Source: the human T2T-CHM13v2.0 reference genome, Homo sapiens. Taken from it: a stretch of 64,000 nt of DNA. Where the stretch lies: NCBI RefSeq assembly GCF_009914755.1, contig NC_060930.1. One strand, 5' to 3'. Positions 11,600 to 25,705 of the stretch are shown here, piece by piece. Within the stretch, counting starts at the first letter, position 1. Every line of letters begins with the position of its first letter. The notes beneath the pieces were generated by a model that had not been told where the DNA came from, searched no databases, and worked only from the letters and a program-made list of their open reading frames with translations. The translations under genes were made by a program, and so were the position numbers.

Positions 11600-14340
11600 A
11601 AGACCAAATAGTATATGGAATATCATAATTGAATATCCAAAATATCCTTTATGCAACAAAAAATGCATTCATTATACCAAGAATTAGCTTAATTGCTACA
11701 TGAATGAGAAAGGACAATGAACAGATGCCAACACCAGGATGACATAGCTATTAGAATTACTTGACAACGATTTTAAAACAGCCATAATAAAAATGCTTCA
11801 CAAGCAATTAAGTATTGTCTTGAAACAAATAAAAAACAGAAAACTTCAGCAGAGACGTAGAATTTATTTTAAAGTGGAAATTGTACAGCTGAAAATATAA
11901 GAACTCAAATTAAAAACATACTGAATGGGTTTGCTAGGGTGTAAAGATTACAGAGAGTAGAATCCAGTAACTTGAAGACAGCACAATAGCGTTTACACCA
12001 TCTGAGCCTAGAGAAAATGAACTAAGGAAAAATGAATAGTGTTTTAGGGACGTGTGAGGAAATAATGAAATGTTAACATCCTTATCATTGGAATTCCAGA
12101 AAGAGAGGAGTAAGACTATGGGATTGAAAACTATTTGATGAAATAAAGGCTTAAAACTTCTGAAATTTGGCAAAATACATAAGCCCATACATTTAAGAAG
12201 CTGAGTGACTACTCATTTAAAATAAACTCAAAGAATTCACACCAAGACACATCATAGTTAAACTTCTCAAAACCAAGACAAAAAAAGTCCTGAAATCAGT
12301 CCAAGAGGAATGATGTATTGTCTACAGAGGGGTACCAATTAAAATAACAACGTTTATTTCATTTGAAACTTTGGAGGCCAGGAGACGGTGACAACATTTT
12401 TCAAGTACTAAAAGAAAAGAACCGTCAACCACAAATTCTACATACTGTGAGGCATCCATCAGAAATGAAGAATAAATCAACACATTTTCAAATGAAGGAA
12501 AGGTTAGAAAATGTATTGCTAGAAAACCTACCCTTAAATAATTGCCAAATAAAGTTCTCTAAAAAGAAAGAAAATTATAACAGAAGGAGGCTTGGAACTT
12601 CCAAAAGGAAAGAAGAACATTGGAATGGGTAAAAATAGAGGTAAAAGCAATAGACATCCTAATTTATGTGTGCCCTAAATTATATTTGATGGATTATATA
12701 AAAAACTTTAACTCTAGTGACTGTGATGCTCTCAATATATGTAGAGGAAATACTTAAGACAATTATATTTATAAAGAGGGGATGTTAAAGGGAGCTAAAT
12801 GGACATCATGTTTATGGAGCAAAATATACTTCACTGAATTTGGTAAAATATCAGTAACAGTAGACTATCATGTTCTGTATATATATTGTAATACCTAAAA
12901 CAACCACTAAGAAATTTAAAACTCAATAATAATGTAAGTAAATCAAATGAAATCCTTAAAAAATGTTAAAATAATCATGGAAAAGTAAGAAAAGAGAAGA
13001 AAGGAATGATAAACAGTGGCAATAAATAGAAAACAAATAATATTTCAGACTTAAGCCCTAACACATCAATGATTACCTTAAATTGTCTAAATATCTAACT
13101 TGAAAGAGGTTGGCAGAACTTAAAAAAAAAGTCCCACTATGTGTTGTTAACAGGACACTCATTTAAAGAATAGTAACAATGGTTGCTGGAAAGTAAAAAA
13201 AGACAGAAAATCTTTGGAATCTATATTCCATGGACAAGGGCTATTTAGATGACATCAAACACATGATGCATTAAATAAAAATTGATAAATTGAGCATCAT
13301 CAAATTTTAAAACATTTGCTCTGTAAAATACTCTTAAAAGGATAGAAAGATAGCTACAAGCCAGAAGAAAATATTCACCCAGAACACATTAGACAAAGGA
13401 CTGGTATCTAGAAGAGATAAACTCAATAGTAAAGAAACAATAAGATTAGATAATGAGCAAATGGTGTAAATAGACATTTCATCAAAAAAATGCAGTTGGG
13501 AAATAACACATGAAAAAACTTTCATCATCATTAATTATTAGGGAAAGCAAATTAAAAACATAATGCAATGTCACTATACACCATTAGAATAGTTTAAAAA
13601 TTGCTGATGAGGATACAGAAAAACAGGATAACTCATACATTGCTGGTGAAAATATGAAATAATACAGTCAGTCTGGAAAATAGTTTGGCAATTTCTTATA
13701 AAAATCAATATGTGATTGTCATCTTGCCTAGCAACTTCACTTTTAGAAACTTATCCCAGAGAAGGGAAATGTGTTCTCACAGAAAACTTGTACGTGGCTA
13801 GAAACTTTGTTAGTAATAGCCAAAAATTGAAACAATCTAGATGTCCTTTAATGGTTGAATAGATAAACAGTTAAACCAACTGATGTACATCCATATCATG
13901 GAATACTGCTCTTCAATAATAAAGGAAGAAACACTGATAGGTGTGGAACAACCTGAATGAATTTCCAGAGAATTATGCTGAGTAGAAAAAAGCCAATCCA
14001 AAAGGGTTCCACGCTGTATCATTCTATCTATATGACATCTTGAAATGATGCTATTATAGCAATGGCAGATTAATGGTTGATGGGCACCAGGCACAGGAAA
14101 GGTACAGGGTGGTGGCTGTGGCTACAAAAGAAATGGGGGTTCCTTTTGGTTATGGAAATATTCTGTATGTTGACTGAGTTAATGTCAATATCGTGGTTTT
14201 GATACTTTACTATAGTTTTGCAAGATGTTACCATTTAGGAAAACTGGGTGCAGGGTGCCTGGAATCTCCCCACATCATTTCTTAACAACTGTGTGTCACT
14301 GGACAATTATCTTAAAATAGAAAGTTTAATTTTAAAAATA
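11600..14340 (+). mobile_element. Old L1 (L1MD-like): ORF1, ORF2 start, then ORF2 end and 3' UTR
   Basis: ORF1-like NIFQVLKEKNRQPQIL; 3' UTR gtcaatatc..tatagttttgcaagatgttaccatt..aaagtttaattttaaaa. Confidence 0.8.
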
Positions 14341-15510
14341 ATAAAGCATTGGAAATCATCTGAACACAGAAATATGCTACTAATTACCATGTAACTCCAT
14401 TCCAATAACCTTTAAACAACTAAAGAAATCCAGATTTAGTGAGAAAAAATCCCAGGGAAACAATCTTCTTGGTACATCCAGTGCTTTAAGGGAATCCAGC
14501 ATTTTACTTCCAAAATCTAGAATGGTTTAACTTTCAGCTCTTGAGGCTGTTGAAGTGTGTGTGTTAATGCATTTTACACTCTGTAGCTTATAACATTGCA
14601 GTTATTTTCCCTCTTCCCACCAAAGCAGTTCCTCAAGTGTTTGTTGTCAGCCTCTTTCAGTGTACACATTCTTATTAGATGGCCAGTCAGGTGTGGAGAT
14701 GGCCGAGAAACATCACAAGGATCTTGTTTATGACTGCATGCAATCCATAACACTATCAGGGGATTTTCCCGAACATGATCACGATGACCAACACAAATTT
14801 CCTCCTCATCTCAAACGTGTCTCGTCTCCTGGGGTGAAATTTGCTAAAGGGTTATTACTTCCCTCTGTAGCAAGCTTATAATTAGAGTACTCATATCTTT
14901 ACCCTCTCTTTGCCACTCATTCTGTATTTGCCAAATCCTCTGTAGTTATCTCTTCCTACTTTGCTATTCTATAGCCTCAGACCAGTGCTTAAGCACTAGA
15001 CTATGTCATTTAATGCGTATTTCTCTGGGGTGGAGTCTCTGAGTCTTCCCTCCAACTCCAAATATTTTCATGGACTAGATCATAGAAGGAATATTTGACT
15101 CTCCTCTTAAGGAGACTATCTCCCTGTGTATTCTAAATGAGCTCCTTCTGATAATCTAGAGAGATCAGCCTTCTCCCCTTGTACTATACCACCTTTGACC
15201 TAAAGGAGTTGAATGATGAAAGGACTTGTTTAAACCATCTTGGAGGAAATATGACTGAAATTTATTTCTTCCAGAAATTATTTGTCTTCTCTGTATTTTA
15301 GTATGCAGACTCCTGTATGTATTTTCCTATATCCAGAGAATTCTAAAAGTGATTGTGCCTCCTTTTTATAGGTGAGGTGACCCATCTAAGACCAGACATT
15401 CTTTTTGAGCTTTAATTGAGTAACTTCATTCTGTTTAGTGAATCACCATAATCTTAACAGTGGTTGGTGGCTCTTAGAATTTGTTGTATGTGGTTCTAAT
15501 CTATCTGTAG

Positions 15511-15828
<318 letters not shown>

Positions 15829-15937
15829 TCTGTAGTTTTTTAATGACTCTGTCACTCCAATCATTAGAAGTCATTGCTGCTGTGATAGGCCTGCTTGTCA
15901 GATGTTAGATTTATTTCCACTAAATCTTAGTGAGTGA

Positions 15938-16432
<495 letters not shown>

Positions 16433-16584
16433 TAATATGTTAATTTCATGGTCATACAAGGAACCATTGTTGTGGTGGACACTATTACTAAATTTAATTT
16501 GCAATGAACCACTTCAATGCCCTATCCTGCTATCTTACATTAAAAAATAAGATTTTAAAGAGAAATTAGAATTTACCAAATCCT

Positions 16585-17052
<468 letters not shown>

Positions 17053-18399
17053 TTAACTGGCACTGTTCTTTAATTTCCTAGATGTAACTGCCCATAATAT
17101 ATTATGGCTGGGCTACTACTAATATTGATAACTAGCCCTGCCTTATACCTTGATTTCCATGTGAACGCAACATAATGTACAGTCTAAAACTAGCCTTTTA
17201 TGTAAGAAAACTAATTTGAGAGAGATCAGAGTCAACAACTAGAATGAAAATTACCTTACTTCCCTTCCCCTCAAATGCCATGGAACCTCTCTTCTAAACC
17301 TGACCCATATTTGTAATATGGCTTGCTATCCCCCAATAGCACCGGGACACTGTTACAGTCTTAGTGGTATTCATTTCAGCTATTCCATACATTTCCCCTT
17401 TAATTTTTGTGCTTAGCTAGGGCATTATAAGTTGGTTTCTGTATACAATTGTGGCTTTCTTTCTGTTCTCTCTCTCTTTTTAAATTCCTTCAGTATCTTT
17501 CCACTCTCTCTCATTAGATTATAAGTGCTTTTGTAATCCTCCACAGTTCTATGTGTAGTCAACTCTTGATTATCTGAGCTAATGGAGAGGAGCATTAGCA
17601 TGGATGATATCAGAGGACAAATAAATTTCCCAGGGGTTTGCATCAATTCTGTGAAAGCATCTGAGTCCCGGAGGCAGGCAAACTAAAATCTATGAGAAAC
17701 AGAGAGCAGAGAAGCATTGTGAATGAAAGAGTGAGATGTCACTTTCTTACAGGGCCGTGAACTACTGCTGCAGCTGCTAGTGAAATTTTGTTCTACTGTG
17801 TCTAGGCTGTTGGGAGATCCTCAAGAGAGGGGCTCCAGGGATCTTTGGGCATGAATCCTTCTCCACTGGCCCTCTCCTTTTTGGCATCAGTGCTTGGCTT
17901 AGCACAATATCAGGCCAGGACAATGGAAATGCAATAAATGGATGAGAGAGGAGTAACAGGGAATTCTTGGCAGAGAAGTCAACAAAACAGAGGCTTTACG
18001 AAGCAGGAGAAGGGAAACACTGTTAGTGAGGGCATTGCCTTAAGGGGAGAGCATGTTAACTGGATAAAGGTTTTCTCTTTTCTTCAACTCCAGCTTCTAG
18101 CTCATGACTTAAACATAGCAGATGCTTTATTAATATTGGAGGAAGGTAAACAAACAGGCAGAAAGAGGAAAGAATGATTCACAAGTGATAGAAACTTCCT
18201 GAGTAGTCCAGAAGCTACTATTCACAAAATCTACTCGCTGGAGTGAACATTCTGATTGCATTCTATGGATATTTTAGCAATAATCATAGGAAGATCCTCT
18301 GGGTATTTGGTTATAAATGCTTTTCGTTATTTATTGTTGAATAACAAACCTATGTAAAAGTAGATCTGTTTGGTTGCATGGCAGGGAGACCATGGGAAT

Positions 18400-18870
18400 T
18401 CACATATTTTGAGCATCCATTATATTCCAGGTAAGCACTTTACTTACTTTGACATGTTTATTACTTACAACAACCCTATGAAATAATTATTATTATGCCC
18501 GTTGAACATGTGAGGCAACGGAGAGTCACAGCTGTTAACTATCTTTCCCAAAGTTAAACAGCTGGTAAATATCAAACTGGACTTATCAGTTTCTTTCTCT
18601 TGAAATCCCCTACTCTTTATTCTATCTGCAATGTGCTGCTTCCCATTAGTGATAGTAGCTACAATTTATTGAATGCTTGCTGTGTGAAGGCACTATATTT
18701 ACATAATTTCTAATCTTCCCACTAACCTAGACAGGTGGGTATTGCTATCTCCAATTCATAGATGAAGATAGATATAGGAAAGCTAACAATAACAGTCAAG
18801 GTTATAGGTAAAGATTTGAACTAGGTCTGTTTTGGACCTATTCCCCATGTCTTTCCACTATCATCTGCTG
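18400..18870 (-). mobile_element. Two adjacent MIR copies
   Basis: acaacaaccctatgaaata..tgaggcaacggag and atttattgaatgcttgctgtgtg..gatttgaactaggtctg. Confidence 0.72.
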
Positions 18871-19023
18871 TCTTCTTCCAAATGTCATATTCTTTTACTT
18901 AGGCCACATTTTTTTTTTACTGTAATTAACTTAAAATTTTGTTGGAGATGGTTCACTACAATATTATAATTTTATTATTTTTAATGAGGTATTTCAATTG
19001 CAGAATGACAGCCTGTGTATCTG

Positions 19024-19071
19024 TACACACACAAACACACACACACACACGGTGGGGGGAGAGAGAGAGAC
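19024..19071. repeat. (CA)n/(GA)n microsatellite
   Basis: Direct inspection. Confidence 0.85.
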
Positions 19072-19777
19072 ACTTCTTTTATCACAAGGTACCACATTCC
19101 TATTAGAGAAAAAAAATCCTGTTTCAGATAATGCTTATAGAAAACATTTCTAAGGAAAGTGTAGGCTATCGTTAATATTAACAGATCATTACTTTGTGCT
19201 AGATAGTGCTAAATAGAAACCTGCTGTAGAAATTTGCTTGTAGTTCTTTCCACAATGTGAAAATCAGGCCCAACCTTAAAGTAAAACAGCATAAGTCTTA
19301 CTATTAATGTCTGCAATGAAGTGAAGCCCTTTTGACCCATTGATCTTTTAATCTGCAGAAGAGTAGGAGAAGGTGATGTTCTGAGGTACTGAAAGTCTAT
19401 TTTGCTTGACTTCTTGTCACTACTGCATTTCCTTCTCACTGGTATCTACACCAGCAAAGAAGACATAAAGCATACCTTGTGGAAAAGTAGAAGAGACTTT
19501 GCTATTCCACTTTGTAAAAAGGCCTGTCCAGTGTCTCCTTGAGCACAGAAAGGAAGGTGGCTTCCTCTTCCATTAAAAGGAAGCTGAGACCTTGGGTCAC
19601 ATGGAACTTCTGGGGATGGAATGACTCACCTTGCCCAGGGTGTGCAGCTACTTCTAACATCTCACCTTCCTCCTCTAATTTCTCTTCTCCTCCAACTGTC
19701 CTGGGGAAAGTAATGCCCCGAGCACAAACCTACCAGTGTTTCCAGTGGTTGGGGAAAGCTTTGGATGGACATTTTCT

Positions 19778-19982
19778 TTCTTCCTTTTTTTCTTTTTCTT
19801 TTCCTTTCTTTTTTCTCTTCTTTTCTTTCTTTTTCTTTCTTTTTTTTTTTTTTTGTGACAGAGTCCCACTGGAATGCAGTGGTATGATCACAGTTCGCTG
19901 CAACCTCTGCTTTCCGGGTTCGCTATTTTTGTGTCTCAGCCTCCTGAGTAGCTGGGACTACAGGTGCGCCCCACCCCTGGCT

Positions 19983-20033
<51 letters not shown>

Positions 20034-20155
20034 TTAGTAGAGACGGGGTTTTGTCATGTTGTCCAGGCTGGTCTCGAACTCCTGGCCTCAAGTAATCCGC
20101 CTGTATCAGCCTGCCAAAGTGCTGGGATTACAAGCATGAACCACCACACCCAGCA
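19778..20155 (-). mobile_element. Alu (J/S-type) with (TG)n of about 22 units in the middle linker and a CT-rich tail
   Basis: Alu dimer; (TG)n at about 19985-20029. Confidence 0.93.
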
Positions 20156-20171
20156 TGGAGGGACGTTTTCT

Positions 20172-20341
20172 TTTTTTTTCTTTTTTTTTTTAAACTAGTT
20201 TAATTTTATTTTAAGTTCTGGGATACATATGCAGTACAGTGCAGGCTTGTTAACATAGGTAAACATAAGCCAGGGTGGTTTGCTGCACCTATCAACCCAT
20301 CACCTAGGTATTAAGCCCAGCATGCATTAGCTATTTATGCT
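20172..20341 (-). mobile_element. Short L1PA (L1PA8-10-like) 3' end
   Basis: ttattttaagttctgggatacat..ggtggtttgctgcacctatcaacccatcacctaggtattaagccc. Confidence 0.92.
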
Positions 20342-23300
20342 GATGGACATTTTCTAACTGCAGGGAGAGAGAGGGAGCCTTCAGGGAACTCCTCCCTTTC
20401 TAAGTTCTCTTGGAATAGCCAATCAAGACACTTGAGAAAGGACCTGGGAAATCTTCCTTCTTTCAGGGTCTAGGTTGTGACCAATAGCACTGGCTAAGGT
20501 GGCATCTCTCCATTACTCCTTAGGGACTGGGATGTAGCCAGGTGAGGAATATCCGTGGGGCCCATGTTATCCATGAGAGATACCCAGGAAAAACTTGAGC
20601 AGAAGCCTGTATTTTGCGTGATTGGGACACTCTGTAGCAATCCTTCCACAGACCTATCCTTCCATAAAATAAATAAATAAATAAAAATAGGGAAGAATAA
20701 AAAGCAGCAGCAGCCTAGATTTCAGAGTAACTGTTGCTTAAATCAACTTACTGATTCCATGATTTGATAACTGCTTAACACTGCCAACTGTGCAGTGTTG
20801 CTACTAAGCTGTTTTGGAAATGTGTGGGTCTCCTATTTTGGTACTGATCATACCTGCCAGGAGCCCACTAGATTTTCAGGTTTGAATCTTCTCGACTGTC
20901 TGAATATAGAGGCTGGTTCTCTGACCTTCTTTCAAGGTCATCAGGTTTTCTTTGTACTTTTATATCCTTTCAAAATTTTCTGCTTTCTTTTTGATTTTAC
21001 TCCTTTTCAATTTATTTATGTGTGATAGCCTCAATCATCCAGTTATCAATTCAGTAAAATCTGTGTTGCAGAATGTCCATTTTATCATTCAAGCCTGAAA
21101 TCTGTTCTGCAATCCTTTTATTTCCCTCCTGAATTGCTTTCAAAGCCCTCTAGGGAGCTGGCCTGCAAAAATAGAGAATTCTCACATTGTTTTGATGAAA
21201 GGTGCTATATAACCACACAGCAGGATTATTGTTCCTTTTTCTCTTTCATTTTGGTCGCCCTGACTGATCTGCTCTGCATTGCAAGCGCAATGGCCTTTTT
21301 TCATCTTAATTTTATTCACAGCTGTGGTTACTTTCTTTCAGGGACATCAGATAGGTGTTAAGTAAAAGACAGGCATGGGTGTCAGAAGGAAAGTCTAGGC
21401 ACCTCCCTTCCCTTGTTACTGATTTCTAACACTTTGTCTGACCATTCAGCTGAGCCCAGCTGCTACTGCCCTGATCCCTTCCCTCACTAGGTTCAATTTC
21501 CCTTGGAGTTTCTGCTTTGTGTATAGAACTAGCCTAACCCAATCAAAGCAAACTGCAAAATTAAATTAATTTAACTCGTTCATCTAGGTGTTGAATGTAA
21601 TATTTTGACACATCTGCATAAACTGAACTTCCTAAATTTGGCATAAGGGAATAAAATTGATGGATTCAAATTCATTTTTGTTGGTGAAATGCAGAGATTT
21701 GTAATCCATCAACTATTCTCCCTAATGCACCATCTAGACAGCTCACGCTGCCTTCAGTTGGCGTTAAATGCAAACACCTCTACTTAAATAATAGAAGCTG
21801 CATAGCAAAAATTAGCAAAAGCCAGTTTTAAGTGAAGATTTGACATTAAGTCAATATGTTTAAAAACAAACTGAAGCAAGGAATAAAGAGAGAGATTTAA
21901 AAATATGCCGTTTTTAACCCCAAGGGGAAGTGATATAGTTTATAGAAAACATTAAGTATTCAAGACAAAACGATACAAAACTCATTGAAGAAAATCTTTG
22001 TGGTTGTGAGGGGTGGCATATATAAATGTGTCCAGATGTTGGCTCTGTGTATACAATTCTGTGTTTGGGTGAATGTGTGCATACAGTGCTTTTCATTTTC
22101 TAGAGAGATTCCTGGTATAATTAACTGAAATTGACTGTGTGCAGAATGTTGAAACACAAAATAATTAATAAGAAACGATAGAACAGTGGAAGGTCTCTAA
22201 AATGCTTCTGAGGTGTGTGTCTGTGTGGGTGGCATCCCAGTAAGTGTAGTGTTTATATATCAAAATATATCATAATTGTTTGAATAAATACATGATGCCT
22301 GATTCATAAAAAATAAAAATCTACCATGGTGAAAGGACATGAAAAGTGGCAAAAGCATTCGTTTTTAGGCTTTTACAACGTAGATTCTGTTCATGCTGAG
22401 TAGGGAAATGAAGCTTTTTATTTGGAGAATTCTGGGTTGAGGACTATTTTCTCAACCAAAAAAGAATGTCTTTAGGTAAATATGTATGTGTGATGGTATT
22501 TGAGTTAGCCATGGATGAAAACATACTGTAAATATTTCTATGTCAGTTATGAGTCTAAACACCCTGGCCATTTTGACCTACAGCATGATTAACAGGAATC
22601 AGGTCAGTGAGTCACACAAAGACACACTATTTTATAAATGTTTATCTTTTAATTTTAAATGATTTAAAATGTTAGGAAATGGGTGGTAAAGGAAATAACT
22701 TAGTATCACAGAATTTTATGGCTCAAAGTCCCTGTATTTCACTGAATCTAACGTGCTTTAGTATTAATGTTTTCTTGATCTTTCCAGAAGGTATCAAGGG
22801 AAGACTTTTTCTTTTGTTTATGTCACTCACAACCACACTTGACAGGGATGTAGAAAGCATTGATTGTAAGATGCATCTCAATTTTAGAGAGATTAAAATT
22901 AGAAAAAAAAATTGCATGTTAGAATTGAGAAATAGGGTCTCATAGAGATCAAATCTAGCTAAGTTATTTTACAAAGAAGAAATTTAAGGTCCAGAGTGCC
23001 TGAAGGTCACACAAGTGCTTAATAATGAAGCATGGCACATCCCCTGGCCATCTGCTCAGCTTTTCTCATAATGCCCTGCACCCTGCCCTGTGACATCTTT
23101 TTCCCTTTATACTATACTTACTCATAAAAGTTTTCAGATACAAATAAACAGCCCAGTGAGTTTAAGTTAAATGTTCGTATGTGTGTGTGTGTGTGTTAGT
23201 TGATTAAGAGTTTTCCAATATCATCATTTGGACTGCTATCCTAAATGTAGGCACTGGGCATTAGTTGGCATTAATAATCTTTTTTAGTTCTAAATTTACT

Positions 23301-24197
23301 CATCCCATGTACTCAACAACCACATATTTTCATATATAATATTCATTACTTAGTATTTTTGAGCAAGTGGTTTGTGTCAGTAACTCTATATTGAGGATGC
23401 AGCATGACCTGTGCTTCAAGAATAATTATTCAAATGATTACCATTTACAATCATGATAAGTGGTATGAAGGAAGGTGAGTGCTATGAAAATGTCTAACAG
23501 GGAGTATGGTCTAATTCAGAATCCCCTTTCTTCCAGTGCTATTTAATCTGATACCTGAATAATGAAGCTGGGTGGAGAGAAGACAGTGAGCTTTTTAGGC
23601 AAAATGAACTGTAAGTGTAATTACCTAGAGATGGAGAAAACTTGGGTTTTTTAGCCGCTGGTGTGAACATAGAAAGCCATGATGGGGTTTTTGACCACAA
23701 GAATCTTACAATGAGAGGAAAAACGTTGTAGAAGACTCGTTATTGATTTTTTCCACAACTAGCCAAAACAACTAACTGTAATTCTGAGTAAATATATTAC
23801 TTTTGGGAACAGAGAAGAAAGAAAGAGAATTGACTTGAGGTATTTTGTGTTATGTTTTGTTCCCGTTTATCTACAGCCTTTATCTCTGTGGTCTTGAATG
23901 TTTTACTCTTTACTTGAAAGTGTTAAGAGCAATGAGATCAAGAAAACTAGAGAAATAGTAAAGCACTCAAGAACATGGAGATAAAGTTGGAGAAACACGT
24001 ACTAAAACCTTCAGAGACAATGTGATAAAATGAGGAAAGTAGTAAGATCTGCCTTCAACTGATAAAGCTGTGGAACTAGGAGTTTCACTTTTGCCACAGG
24101 ACTTCCCTGCAATGTCATCTAGTCCACTTGTGTGTGGACAGTTCAGGTTAAAATAAGAATTACTAAAACTTATGTAGCACTAACAATGAGTTAGATT

Positions 24198-24500
24198 TGT
24201 GCTGTCCAAATTGTAGTCACTAACCACATGTGGCTGTTGAGCACGTATCTGATTGGAGATGTGTGTAAAGGTAAAATACATACTGAATTTTGAAGACTTA
24301 GCATTTAAAAATGTGAAATAAGATGTCTTAGTACTTGCTAAAATTGGTGGCATGGTTAAAATGATAATGTATTATATATTTGGGTTAAATTTTTAAAAAA
24401 TTAAAATCAATTCCACCTACCTCTTTTTACTTTTTACAGTGTGGCTATTAAAAAATTTAAAATTACACATCTTACATTATATTTTTATTGAACAGTGCTG
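24198..24500. mobile_element. MER33 (hAT-Charlie MITE)
   Basis: tgctgtccaa..gtcactaaccacatgtggctgttgagcac ... ttgaacagtgctg termini, about 300 bp. Confidence 0.82.
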
Positions 24501-24657
24501 GTTTCGTTACTGGGGATGAGGCAGTGAACCAAACACAAATTCTCTGATCTCATGATGTTGACATTCCTCTACTGAAGACAGGCCATACGCCAGAACTAAA
24601 TAATAGGTCTTATCAAGAATGATAAAACACATTTAGAGTGCAGAGGAAATGTGGTGA

Positions 24658-24973
<316 letters not shown>

Positions 24974-25245
24974 TGTGGTGACATTTTGAATAGTGATTCA
25001 GGATACATCTCTCTGATTGGAGCAGAAAGATAGAATGGGAGAGAACCAAGGAGGTTTGGGGAAAGAGAATTCCAGGCTGAACCACAAACACAGAGGGTGT
25101 GCAATGGGGGTATGTTCAGTGTAGTTGGAGTGCAATGAGGAAACAGGAGAAAGATAAGAAGTGAGGTTGGAAAAGGGGGAGTTGCCAGATTATAAAGGGC
25201 CTTTGTTGGCCAGAGTTAGGGTTTTGGATCTTATTCTGAATGAAA

Positions 25246-25705
25246 TGGTATAGTAGATTGAATGCAAAAATGTAGTAGTTATTTCTGTGTACCCATACGC
25301 TTTTGTAGTGTGACCTTGCAGCTCTTCCTCACAATGAATCTAGGTGGGCTTCATACTTGTTTTGACTGATAGAATGCAGTGAAGTGGCATCATATGGTTT
25401 CTGATTTCCTTGCCTAGGCCTCAGTAGGCCTTGCACTGTTCTGCATTCTTAGAGCCTTGGCAGCTGTCATCAGAACAGGCCCACATTAGCTTACAACAAG
25501 ATGAGAAATCATGTAGGCCAGAGTTAAAACCCCTCAGTTGTCCCAGCTGACACTTCAGTGATATTAAAGCGCTAGGCTGAGATCCACTGAACCTTGCTCA
25601 GATAAGCAGAACATCTCCCTAAGTTGGCCTAAAGATTTTAAAGTAATAATAAATGGCTATTTTAATCCACTAAATTTTACAGTGTTTGCTTATGCAGAAT
25701 TTTTG
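25246..25705 (+). mobile_element. MLT1 (G/H-like) solo LTR
   Basis: gtgtgaccttgcagctcttcc..tttgactgatagaatgcagtgaagtg..ttttaatccactaaatttt. Confidence 0.75.

Noticed and set aside
17092-17107. Perfect 16-bp palindrome ccataatatattatgg (also a near-palindrome at 46985-47004)
   Set aside because: Short AT-rich palindromes are plausible by chance in 64 kb and have no supporting context
19539-20198. 219-aa plus-strand ORF
   Set aside because: Mostly antisense Alu, CT-rich tail and (TG)n; non-ATG start
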